Program-made: the position numbers and the translations under genes
Shown here: piece by piece, positions 27,212-35,929 of the stretch
How positions within the stretch are numbered: position 1 is the stretch's first letter
How the letters are laid out: the number at the start of each line of letters is the position of its first letter
Notes under the pieces: generated by a model
The model's input: only the letters and a program-made list of their open reading frames with translations
What the model was told of the DNA's origin: nothing
Database searches by the model: none
Source: Pelagibacteraceae bacterium AG-422-B15
GTDB lineage: Bacteria > Pseudomonadota > Alphaproteobacteria > Pelagibacterales > AG-422-B15
Reading direction: 5' to 3'
Assembly (NCBI GenBank): GCA_003213715.1
Contig: QCMN01000001.1
Coordinates: 57,956 to 121,955, forward strand
Length of the DNA stretch: 64,000 nt

Positions 27212-28456
27212 ATGAAACTTAATTTACCAAAAGACTTTACATGGGGTACAGCGACTGCTGCCCATCAAGTAGAAGGAAATAATACAAACTCAGATTTTTG
27301 GCTGCTTGAAAATACAAAAAATACCACATTTGCTGAACCGTCAGGAATTGCTTGTGATCAATTGAATAGATATGAGGAAGATATTAAGCTTATGTCATCT
27401 CACGCAATACAATCCTATAGACTATCTATTGAATGGGCTCGTATCGAAGAGTGCGAGGGAGAATTTTCAAATGAAGCAATTGATCATTACAAAAAAGTTT
27501 TGGATTGTTGTCATGAAAATAATCTTCAAACGTGCGTCACATTCCAACACTTCACTTCCCCACTTTGGTTTACAGCTAAAGGAGGTTGGGAAAAAAAAGA
27601 AAACGCAGATTTATATGTTAAATATGCTGAATTTGTAACAAAAGAGCTAGGTGACCGTATAGATACGGTTTGTACAATAAATGAGGCAAATCTAACTGCA
27701 TGTTTTGCACACACATTTCCCAGCTACCCTGAACAAGGAATGAAAACTATCATGCCATTTGTTGAAGATGCTGCTAAATCATGCGGGTCAACTCTAGATA
27801 ATTTTGGCCCTTTTCTATTTGGCCATCCCTATAAAATACGTGACTGTATGATGGCGGCGCATGTAAAAGCGTTTCCAGTTATCAAAGGTCTACTTACAAA
27901 AAATCAGCCTGTTGGTATTACACTTTCAATTATGGATTACCAAGCGGCAGAAGGAGGCGAACAATCACGCGACATTGCTCATGCTGAAACAGTAGATGTG
28001 TGTTTGGATCAAACTAAAGATGACGATTTCATTGGTATTCAAACGTATACACGTCACACCTATGGTCCTAGGGGAATTATGAAACCTAACGTCAATGATG
28101 AAAATATGCTTATTATGGGATATGAATATTATCCAGAGTCATTAGAAAATGTATTGAGGTATGTTGCTCCAAAAATAAATTGCCCAATGATTGTGACTGA
28201 AAATGGGATTGGTACAGATGATGATAATCAAAGAATAAAATATATCACTACAGCATTAAAAGGACTTCAAAGCTGTTTAGATGACGGTTTAGATATTCGA
28301 GGTTATTACTATTGGTCATTTCTGGACAACTTTGAATGGATATATGGCTACAAACCACGTTTTGGTTTAATCGAGGTGAATAGAAATACTTTAGAGAGAA
28401 AAAGCAAAGAAAGTCTAAAATTTTACGAGCAAGTTATCAGAAACTCTCAATCCTAA
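27212..28456 (+). CDS. Glycoside hydrolase family 1 beta-glycosidase (beta-glucosidase/beta-galactosidase)
   Basis: N-terminal FTWGTATAAHQVEG, acid/base region TINEANL, nucleophile VTENGIG, and YYWSFLDNFEW. Confidence 0.85.
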   Translation: MKLNLPKDFTWGTATAAHQVEGNNTNSDFWLLENTKNTTFAEPSGIACDQLNRYEEDIKLMSSHAIQSYRLSIEWARIEECEGEFSNEAIDHYKKVLDCCHENNLQTCVTFQHFTSPLWFTAKGGWEKKENADLYVKYAEFVTKELGDRIDTVCTINEANLTACFAHTFPSYPEQGMKTIMPFVEDAAKSCGSTLDNFGPFLFGHPYKIRDCMMAAHVKAFPVIKGLLTKNQPVGITLSIMDYQAAEGGEQSRDIAHAETVDVCLDQTKDDDFIGIQTYTRHTYGPRGIMKPNVNDENMLIMGYEYYPESLENVLRYVAPKINCPMIVTENGIGTDDDNQRIKYITTALKGLQSCLDDGLDIRGYYYWSFLDNFEWIYGYKPRFGLIEVNRNTLERKSKESLKFYEQVIRNSQS

Positions 28457-28887
28457 ATTTCGTTACTCTCTGCTTGAGTAAGATAACAACCATTAATCAG
28501 CCATTCACCGTCTTCTTGTTGCTGCATTGAATAAATTGCAGTTACGAATTCACCTTCAGGATCAACTAAATATACTTCTAGGGAAGGTGCTCCATCTCTA
28601 AGTGATATCTTGCCAAAGTTCACACTTTTGGGACGATAAACGGCCTGGTACTGACCTACAACCATTTCACCAAACGCTTTTGGACTTGGGAATATTTTCT
28701 TAATAATTGGCGATGCGAAAGAATAAGCTTTTTCGAAATCATCATTTTGAAATGCTTGCAGCTGCTGACTTACAACAGAAATAATCTCTTGTTCGTCCTC
28801 ATCAGTAAGTGAAAATGCAGATGTGCTTATTAAAAGGACAACTAAAAATGGAAGTACTAATCCTTTGGCAATCTTAGTCGTCAACAT
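28453..28887 (-). CDS. Secreted DUF4864-like (NTF2-like) protein
   Basis: Signal-like N-terminus LLISTSAFS/LT. QQLQAFQNDDFEKAYSFASPIIKKIFPSPKAFGEMV resembles DUF4864. The stop codon overlaps the GH1 stop (CTAA). Confidence 0.45.
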   Translation of the reverse strand: MLTTKIAKGLVLPFLVVLLISTSAFSLTDEDEQEIISVVSQQLQAFQNDDFEKAYSFASPIIKKIFPSPKAFGEMVVGQYQAVYRPKSVNFGKISLRDGAPSLEVYLVDPEGEFVTAIYSMQQQEDGEWLINGCYLTQAESNEI

Positions 28888-29245
28888 CGGCGAATATTTT
28901 AAGCTTTCTTGCTTTTAATATAAGAACAGCTATGGCAATCAATAAAATGGCACCACCCTCGTAAAGCAACATGCTTGGATCCATAGTTTTGCCCTGTAAA
29001 ATTATTAAACGTGCAACAGCAGTAATAGCAATAAACAGCGGTATACTTATTCTAATTCTATTTAGCGTCCAATATTCTCTAATCATTTGTATAACTTCGA
29101 GATAAATAAATAACAAAAGTAAGTCTGCAAGTTCAACGAGATTTTTTTCATACATTGCATATATTTCATAGCCAATAGCTATAACTGTAGCAAAAATAAT
29201 TATTACCAGAGCTATTTTTTCAATGTATTTAATTGTATCTATCAT
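28874..29245 (-). CDS. Small membrane protein, PsiE-like
   Basis: 123 aa with 4 hydrophobic helices. The pattern LFIYLEVIQMIREY...FIAITAVARLIIL resembles PsiE-family proteins. The assignment is weak. Confidence 0.4.
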   Translation of the reverse strand: MIDTIKYIEKIALVIIIFATVIAIGYEIYAMYEKNLVELADLLLLFIYLEVIQMIREYWTLNRIRISIPLFIAITAVARLIILQGKTMDPSMLLYEGGAILLIAIAVLILKARKLKIFADVDD

Positions 29246-30423
29246 AAAATCTCAAAAAGACCTGCTGCTCCCATTCCGCCACCAACGCACATTGTTACAA
29301 CACCGTATTTAGCGTTTCGTCTCTTACCTTCAATTAAAATATGTCCTGTCATTCTAGAGCCGGTCATACCATATGGGTGTCCAATAGAAATTGATCCTCC
29401 GTTCACATTTAATTTCTCATTATCAATTCCTAGCTTATCTCTACAGTATAAAACTTGAACTGCAAATGCTTCGTTCAGTTCCCATATATCGATATCATCT
29501 ACCTTTAAGCCGTGTTGCTCTAGGAGTTTTGGTACAGCAAATACTGGTCCTATACCCATCTCATCGGGCTCACAAGCTGCAACAGAAAGTCCTCTAAAAA
29601 TTCCCATAGGTTCAATATTTCTTTTTTCTGCTTCTTTAAGATCCATTAACAAACATGAAGATGCTCCATCTGACAGCTGACTAGCATTGCCCGCAGTAAT
29701 ATATTTGTCAGGTCCCATGACTGGCATTAAACCAGCAAGGCTCTCAAGTGTAGTTTGTGGTCGATTACACTCATCTTTATCAACTGTTACTTCTTGTTCT
29801 GTAACTTCCTTTGTTTCTTTGTTCATTACATCCATTTTTGTCGTTAAAGGAACAATCTCGTCTTTAAATTTTCCTGCAGTTTGAGCTGCAGCTGTTCGTT
29901 GTTGACTTTGTAGTGAATATTCGTCTTGGTATTCTCTGCTTACTTTGTATCGATCTGCTACAACATCAGCAGTATTAATCATAGGCATCCATAATGCTGG
30001 GCAAATTTTTTGAAGTTCAGGCTCAATAAGGTGTTTCATGTTCATGTTTTGCTGTGTCATTGATATTGACTCTACTCCCCCACCAATAGCTACTTTAATT
30101 CCATCAACAATAATTCTTTGAGCAGCTACCGCTATTGATTGTAAACCTGATGAACAAAAACGATTTATTGTAGTCCCTGGCACAGTTACGGGGCATCCTC
30201 CCGCAATTGCAACATTTCTTCCAATATTATGACCTGTTGCTCCCTCTGGTTGTCCACATCCAAAGATAACATCTTCTACTTCACCAGCTTCAACTCCCGC
30301 TCTTTCAATAGCATGTTTAACAGTATGGCCACCCATTGTAATACCGTGAGTTTTGTTAAATCCACCTCTCATAGCTTTTGCTAATCCAGTTCTTGCAGTT
30401 GAAATTATTGCAGCTTCTCTCAT
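29242..30423 (-). CDS. Acetyl-CoA C-acyltransferase / thiolase
   Basis: Active-site Cys NRFCSSGLQ, NEAFA, GHPYGMTG and CVGGGMG. Confidence 0.9.
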   Translation of the reverse strand: MREAAIISTARTGLAKAMRGGFNKTHGITMGGHTVKHAIERAGVEAGEVEDVIFGCGQPEGATGHNIGRNVAIAGGCPVTVPGTTINRFCSSGLQSIAVAAQRIIVDGIKVAIGGGVESISMTQQNMNMKHLIEPELQKICPALWMPMINTADVVADRYKVSREYQDEYSLQSQQRTAAAQTAGKFKDEIVPLTTKMDVMNKETKEVTEQEVTVDKDECNRPQTTLESLAGLMPVMGPDKYITAGNASQLSDGASSCLLMDLKEAEKRNIEPMGIFRGLSVAACEPDEMGIGPVFAVPKLLEQHGLKVDDIDIWELNEAFAVQVLYCRDKLGIDNEKLNVNGGSISIGHPYGMTGSRMTGHILIEGKRRNAKYGVVTMCVGGGMGAAGLFEIL

Positions 30424-30614
30424 ACTATATTGCCCTTATAAATATTTAGAAAACCGTAAGATAGACTTTTTATATAAAAAAAAAAGTTTAATTTTATTTA
30501 AAAAAAATACATCAAAAATACCCTCAATTTTGGCAAATATTTTTCTTTATTCTGCTTGACCATATCCGAATTGAAGTTTAGAAAGTCGCATTCTTTGAAT
30601 TAGGGAGAATCTCT

Positions 30615-31052
30615 ATGGTCATGTTAAAGACAGAAGTATCAGCACCAAGCTGGGTACCAGAAGGTTACAAAAAACTTGGATGGCATGCTGGCTTTGATGT
30701 ATTAATTGGACCAATGTATTTTAAAAAAGAAGAGAATAACCAATATAAATTCATTACTAAAATTTTGGATAAGCATCTCAATGCTCATGGTATTGCTCAT
30801 GGTGGCTACTCTATGTCATTAGCAGATATTTTCTTAGGATCCATGGTATTTGCTGCGTGTGGGAAAAAACCTTGCAGTACTATTTCACTAAACTGTAACT
30901 TTGTAAGTCCAGGTCTTCAAGATGATATTGTTGAATGTGATGCTAAGGTAACAAGAACTACAAAATCACTCGTCTTTATTGAAGGTAATTTAATCTCACA
31001 AGATAAAATTATTTTATCCGCTTCAGGTATTTGGAAAATACTGAATCAATAA
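30615..31052 (+). CDS. PaaI/hotdog-fold acyl-CoA thioesterase
   Basis: 145 aa with HGIAHGG, a motif typical of PaaI-type thioesterases. Confidence 0.7.
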   Translation: MVMLKTEVSAPSWVPEGYKKLGWHAGFDVLIGPMYFKKEENNQYKFITKILDKHLNAHGIAHGGYSMSLADIFLGSMVFAACGKKPCSTISLNCNFVSPGLQDDIVECDAKVTRTTKSLVFIEGNLISQDKIILSASGIWKILNQ

Positions 31053-31579
31053 TAATTCATAAATCGGTCAAGACTAATATAGGTTTTCATATCATTAACC
31101 TTATTAGTTTTAAGTAGTCTTCTTACTTCTTGGACTGAATATATTTTTGTCTCTAGAACCTCATCTTCATCAAAATTTGTTTCACTCTTATCATAGCAAT
31201 GGGTTAGATAACAGTGTACTAGACAAGTGTTATATGCAGGTGTTGAATAGTATTTGCCAATCATTTTCCAATTTTTTCCATGATAACCAGTTTCTTCAAT
31301 TAATTCTCTTTTGGCGCAACTTAATGGCCTTTCTCCTGGGTCAATAGTCCCTGCTGGGACTTCAAGCATAATTTGATCTGATCCGTATCGATATTGTTTG
31401 AGCAAAACTATAAATTTCTTATCAATTATTGGAACAATACAAGTGATGCCGTTATGTACAATAAGATCCCTAATAGCTTTGTTTCCATTTACCCATTTAA
31501 CTTCATCAAAATGTAAATCAAAAACATTCGCTTTAATTTTTTTCTTGGTTTTAATAAATTTTGCTTTTCTTAGAGTCAT
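31046..31579 (-). CDS. NUDIX hydrolase (ADP-ribose pyrophosphatase-like)
   Basis: Nudix box GTIDPGERPLSCAKRELIEETGY. Confidence 0.8.
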   Translation of the reverse strand: MTLRKAKFIKTKKKIKANVFDLHFDEVKWVNGNKAIRDLIVHNGITCIVPIIDKKFIVLLKQYRYGSDQIMLEVPAGTIDPGERPLSCAKRELIEETGYHGKNWKMIGKYYSTPAYNTCLVHCYLTHCYDKSETNFDEDEVLETKIYSVQEVRRLLKTNKVNDMKTYISLDRFMNYY

Positions 31580-32076
31580 TTTTGAAAATCTCTCATATTA
31601 ATAAATTCGACTTTTAAATGATACTGTTCAATCAGATTTATCAGGTCATTCGGAGCTATTGACACTGTTGACGTGTTGATTAAAGGATGGAAATTCACAA
31701 TTTCATATTCCATAAACTCTTGATCAAAGAAAAATTTAACTTTTTTTTCTTTATCGTTCAATAATCCAAATGGAGATACTGATCCGGGTTTGATACCTAG
31801 AATATTCATTAAATAATCTTCATTTGCAAAAGATAATTTTTTGGAGTTTAAAGGCACTGATGCTTTTTTTAAATCAGCAATAATATCCTCAATAAAACTT
31901 ACTAAAAAAAAATTATTTTTTTTATCTTTCAAAAAAAGATTCTTTGAATGCGCTCCTTCAATTGAACCTCGAAGATTTTTAGAGTCTTCGACTGTAAACA
32001 GCGGTTTATGTTCAGTAATCTTATAACAAATAGACTTTGAGTCTAATAAATTAATTAATGAAATTTTATCAAACAT
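31576..32076 (-). CDS. YbaK/ProX-like aminoacyl-tRNA editing domain protein
   Basis: 166 aa. HSKNLFLKDKKNNFFLVS and PGSVSPFGL are typical of prolyl-tRNA synthetase-associated domain proteins. Confidence 0.7.
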   Translation of the reverse strand: MFDKISLINLLDSKSICYKITEHKPLFTVEDSKNLRGSIEGAHSKNLFLKDKKNNFFLVSFIEDIIADLKKASVPLNSKKLSFANEDYLMNILGIKPGSVSPFGLLNDKEKKVKFFFDQEFMEYEIVNFHPLINTSTVSIAPNDLINLIEQYHLKVEFINMRDFQK

Positions 32077-32945
32077 TAAACGAGAGAACTTAATTTCTCT
32101 TTATATTTTGAGTTGGGCATTTGATCAATTAGAGTTCTAAGTTGTTTCTTTGTAATCCACCCATTTAAATATGAATCCATTTCAATAGACCCAAATAGCT
32201 TTTTTCCCTTTTTTTGATATTTGTGAATATAGTTTGAGGCTTCAAGCATTTCTTCTGCATCACCAGTATCAAACCACTGAACATCATTTTTTAATGCAAA
32301 AACTTTTAAGAGATTCTTTCTAAGATAAGATTGATGCACATCAACTATTTCTAATTCTTTTCTTTTAGAGGGCTTTAAATTCTTAACAATTGATATGGAG
32401 TCCTTATCATAAAAATAAAGACCGGGTATTGTAAGATTACTCTTTGGTTTTTTTGGTTTCTCAATAATTGATTTTATATTTTTTTCTCTATCGTATTCAA
32501 TAACAGCTGATTTGTGTGGATATTTTGTTTTAACAGCTAAAACAGCAGCTCCATCCTTGAGCGACTGAACTTTTTTTAAAGTTGATGTGAAGCTCTTACC
32601 AAAAAATAAATTATCAGCTAAGGCTAAAACAAATGGTTTTTTATTAATAAATTTTTTGGCAATATTAACTGCATCAGGAATTCCAACTTGTTCTTTTTGA
32701 AATGTGTAACTGAATTTCATGCCAAGCTGTTTTCCCGAGCCAAATAGTTTTCTAAATTCTGGTATATCTTTCTTTTGAGATATAAATAGTACCTCGCGAA
32801 CACCAGCCTTAATTAAGTTTGATAACGCGTAATAAAGTAAAGGTTTATCATATAAAGGCAGAAGAGGCTTCACTGTTACTTTTGTTGCGGGCGAAAGTCG
32901 AGTTCCCTTGCCGGCAGCGAGAATAATGCCTTTTTTAAATCTCAT
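32076..32945 (-). CDS. Sugar-1-phosphate nucleotidylyltransferase (RfbA/glucose-1-phosphate thymidylyltransferase-like)
   Basis: GIILAAGKGTRLSP (G-x-G-T-R), KPLLPLYDKPLLYY, QVGIPDA. Confidence 0.75.
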   Translation of the reverse strand: MRFKKGIILAAGKGTRLSPATKVTVKPLLPLYDKPLLYYALSNLIKAGVREVLFISQKKDIPEFRKLFGSGKQLGMKFSYTFQKEQVGIPDAVNIAKKFINKKPFVLALADNLFFGKSFTSTLKKVQSLKDGAAVLAVKTKYPHKSAVIEYDREKNIKSIIEKPKKPKSNLTIPGLYFYDKDSISIVKNLKPSKRKELEIVDVHQSYLRKNLLKVFALKNDVQWFDTGDAEEMLEASNYIHKYQKKGKKLFGSIEMDSYLNGWITKKQLRTLIDQMPNSKYKEKLSSLV

Positions 32946-32968
32946 TAAAATTTAATTTGTTAAAAATA

Positions 32969-33820
32969 CTATTTACTTGATTTATGTTTCAAGAAATTTT
33001 TATCTCTTAAATTTCTATACTCTGGCTTTTTCTTTTGCATTTTTGACATCATTGTAGTCATTACATCTTCTTTATGAAGCGTAGCTGCATTCCAAAGCGC
33101 TACATTATCAAGTCCTTCTTTAACAGAGTGATCTCTTGAATAATTGAGAACTTCTTTTGTAACCCACATCGCAAGTGGTGTTTTTGATGCTAATTTTTCA
33201 GCCATTTCAAAAGCACTATCAATCATTTCTTCATGACTATCATGCAAAGAGCTCACAAGGCCTACTTCTTTTGCTCTTTCAGCAGATATCTTTTCTCCCA
33301 TCATAGTCCACTCACGCGCTATACCAGCAGGTATAATTTTAGGTAATCTTTGTATAGTTCCAATATCTGCTGCCAAACCTACATTTATTTCTTCAATTAA
33401 AAAAAATGCATCTTTTGTACAAAGTCTTATATCAGCGGCAGTGATTAAATCGATACCTCCACCAATACATCCTCCTTGGACAGCGGCAACAACTGGAAAT
33501 CTCGCATCCTCCAAACATGAAGCAGCACGTTGGAGAAACTTTAACTGTTGAATAAAATACCCCCTACTTCTGCCAAGCTCTTGGTTTGTTTCGTGTTCAA
33601 CAACATCATCTTTAAACATGCTAAGGTCTATTCCAGCAGAAAAGTGTGGTCCCGTGGATGATACAATTAAAGCTCTAATCTCACCACTGTCATCTAGCTG
33701 TTCAACTTCCTTTGGAAATAATCTCCAGAAATCCTCGTTCATTGAATTTCTTTTTTCAGGCCTATTGAACCTGATATGAGCAATTGAATTATTTATTTCA
33801 ACATCAAAGGGTTTTGGCAT
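32969..33820 (-). CDS. Enoyl-CoA hydratase/isomerase family (delta3,5-delta2,4-dienoyl-CoA isomerase-like)
   Basis: Crotonase-fold motifs FSAGIDL and AAVQGGCIGGGIDL. Confidence 0.85.
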   Translation of the reverse strand: MPKPFDVEINNSIAHIRFNRPEKRNSMNEDFWRLFPKEVEQLDDSGEIRALIVSSTGPHFSAGIDLSMFKDDVVEHETNQELGRSRGYFIQQLKFLQRAASCLEDARFPVVAAVQGGCIGGGIDLITAADIRLCTKDAFFLIEEINVGLAADIGTIQRLPKIIPAGIAREWTMMGEKISAERAKEVGLVSSLHDSHEEMIDSAFEMAEKLASKTPLAMWVTKEVLNYSRDHSVKEGLDNVALWNAATLHKEDVMTTMMSKMQKKKPEYRNLRDKNFLKHKSSK

Positions 33821-33895
33821 GTTTTTTTCCTCGCTTTAGATAAGTGATCTATATAAAGTATATATACATTTAAATATTAGAGAAATACATAAAAA

Positions 33896-34744
33896 ATGGC
33901 TATTAATTACGAAGAAATAATGTCCATGACTTCAGAAAACATTGAAGTTTCCTATACTGATAAAGACTCAATTCTCTATAGTCTAGGCGTCGGTCTTGGG
34001 AATGACCCAATGAATTTAGATGAATTAAAGTTTGTCTATGAAAATTCTCAAATTGCATTGCCATCAATGGCTACTAATTTTCAATATCACTCACCGTTAT
34101 TGCTGAAGACAAATATTAATTTCATTATGGTTGTTCATGGTGAACAGAGATTATCAGTAACTAATCCTTTACCTGTCTCAGGAGATTTTATAACCAACGC
34201 AAAAGTTATAGGTTGTTATGATAAAGGTCCTGGTAAGGGTGCAGTTATTGAGGTTGAAACAACTGTAAATCTTAAAAAAGATAATACTGAAATCTGCAAA
34301 CTTGTTAGTACAACATTCGCAAGGGGGGATGGTGGCTTTGGTGGACCTGAGTCTCCAAAAAAAGAATTAGTAAGGCCTGAAGGTAAACCAGACTATGTGC
34401 ACGAAATTAATACCAAACCTGATCAAGCATTAATTTTTAGACTTTCAGGAGATTACAACCCATTGCACTCTGATCCAAACTTTGCAAAGTCTGCTGGTTT
34501 TGAACGGCCAATTCTACATGGCATGTGCACTTACGGTATCGCATGCAGATCAATAATTGAAAGTGTCTGCGATAAAGATGTAAAGAAACTTAAAAGATTT
34601 GATTGTCGTTTTTCTTCACCTGTATATCCTGGAGAAACAATAGTTACAGAAATGTGGAAAGATGGTAATAATGTCTATTATCAATCCAAAGTAAAAGAAC
34701 GTGATAAAATGGTAATTAAAAATGGAGTGAGTGAAATAATATGA
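33896..34744 (+). CDS. MaoC-like double hotdog (R)-specific enoyl-CoA hydratase (hydratase 2)
   Basis: Hydratase-2 motif LSGDYNPLHSDPNFAKSAGF..PILHG. Confidence 0.85.
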   Translation: MAINYEEIMSMTSENIEVSYTDKDSILYSLGVGLGNDPMNLDELKFVYENSQIALPSMATNFQYHSPLLLKTNINFIMVVHGEQRLSVTNPLPVSGDFITNAKVIGCYDKGPGKGAVIEVETTVNLKKDNTEICKLVSTTFARGDGGFGGPESPKKELVRPEGKPDYVHEINTKPDQALIFRLSGDYNPLHSDPNFAKSAGFERPILHGMCTYGIACRSIIESVCDKDVKKLKRFDCRFSSPVYPGETIVTEMWKDGNNVYYQSKVKERDKMVIKNGVSEII

Positions 34745-35928
34745 TACCAAAAATTGGAATTTCTGAGGGTAAAAAACCTCTTTTTTATAATGAGTCTCAT
34801 CATGCATGGAGAGAAGAAGTAAGAAAATTTGTTTCAAAGGAAATAGCTCCTTTTGTTGAAGAATGGGAAGAAGCTGGTGAGTTTCCAAGAGAACTCTATA
34901 AAAAAGCTGCTGATGTAGGTCTAATGGGAATGGGCTATGATGAAAAGTATGGCGGTACAACAGAAGGTATTGATATTTTTCACGGTATCGTAACAGCTGA
35001 GGAGTTCGCCCATGGATGTGGCGGTGTTTCAGCAAGTCTTTTATCACACAATATTGCAATACCATTGATACAATCTTTGGGTACAGAAGAGCAAAAAGAG
35101 AAATTTATTCCCCCAGTGGTCAAAGGGGAAAAGATAGCAGCTCTTGCAATGACAGAGCCTTCGGGAGGATCAGATGTTGCAAGTTTAAAAACTAAAGCAA
35201 TTAGAAAAGGCGACCATTTCATTGTTAATGGCTCAAAAATGTTCATTACAAGTGGAATGCGAGCCGATACATACGTAGTTGGAGTAAGAACTGGTGGTGA
35301 AGGTGCTACCGGAATATCAGTTCTGGTTATTGAAAAGGATACACCTGGCTTCACTCAAACACCTCTCAAAAAAATGGGATGGCTCAGCTCTGATACAGCT
35401 GTACTTTACTTTGATAATTGTAAAGTGCCTGTAGAAAATTTGATTGGTGGAGAAAACAGTGGCTGGATCGGCGTAATGAGTAACTTCAGTCAAGAAAGAC
35501 TTGGTATGGCAGCTGGTATGAATGCATACTCTCAAATTTGTATTGATGAAGCAGTAGCTTGGGCAAAAGAACGAAAAACATTTGGTAAGCCATTAATTGA
35601 TAATCAAGTGATAAAACATAAACTCGTTGATATGAACAGAGCGGTTAAAACATCAAGGGCTTGGACTGAATTACTATCTTGGAGAGTAATGAATGGTGAA
35701 AGTCCAATAGCGGACTTGGCAATGCTAAAAGTGCATGCAAGTAAAGCGATGGAACTATGCGCAAGAGAAGCAATGCAAATATTAGGTGGAGCAGGATATC
35801 TTCGAGCAAATAGCGGACCTGGAAAAGTTGAGAGAATTTATCGAGAAGTAAGAGTTAATGCTATTGGTGGTGGATCAGAAGAAATAATGTATGATTTAGC
35901 TGCAAGACAATTGGGATACAGGTCTTAG
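34741..35928 (+). CDS. Acyl-CoA dehydrogenase
   Basis: 395 aa with ALAMTEPSGGSDV, the three ACAD domains and a C-terminal GGSEEI. It overlaps the upstream gene by 4 nt. Confidence 0.9.
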   Translation: MIPKIGISEGKKPLFYNESHHAWREEVRKFVSKEIAPFVEEWEEAGEFPRELYKKAADVGLMGMGYDEKYGGTTEGIDIFHGIVTAEEFAHGCGGVSASLLSHNIAIPLIQSLGTEEQKEKFIPPVVKGEKIAALAMTEPSGGSDVASLKTKAIRKGDHFIVNGSKMFITSGMRADTYVVGVRTGGEGATGISVLVIEKDTPGFTQTPLKKMGWLSSDTAVLYFDNCKVPVENLIGGENSGWIGVMSNFSQERLGMAAGMNAYSQICIDEAVAWAKERKTFGKPLIDNQVIKHKLVDMNRAVKTSRAWTELLSWRVMNGESPIADLAMLKVHASKAMELCAREAMQILGGAGYLRANSGPGKVERIYREVRVNAIGGGSEEIMYDLAARQLGYRS

Positions 35929-35929
35929 A

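Noticed and set aside
34616-35065. 149-aa minus-strand ORF spanning the MaoC/acyl-CoA dehydrogenase junction.
   Set aside because: It lies antisense to two well-supported genes. Its composition is rich in Leu, Gln, His and Tyr with no motif.
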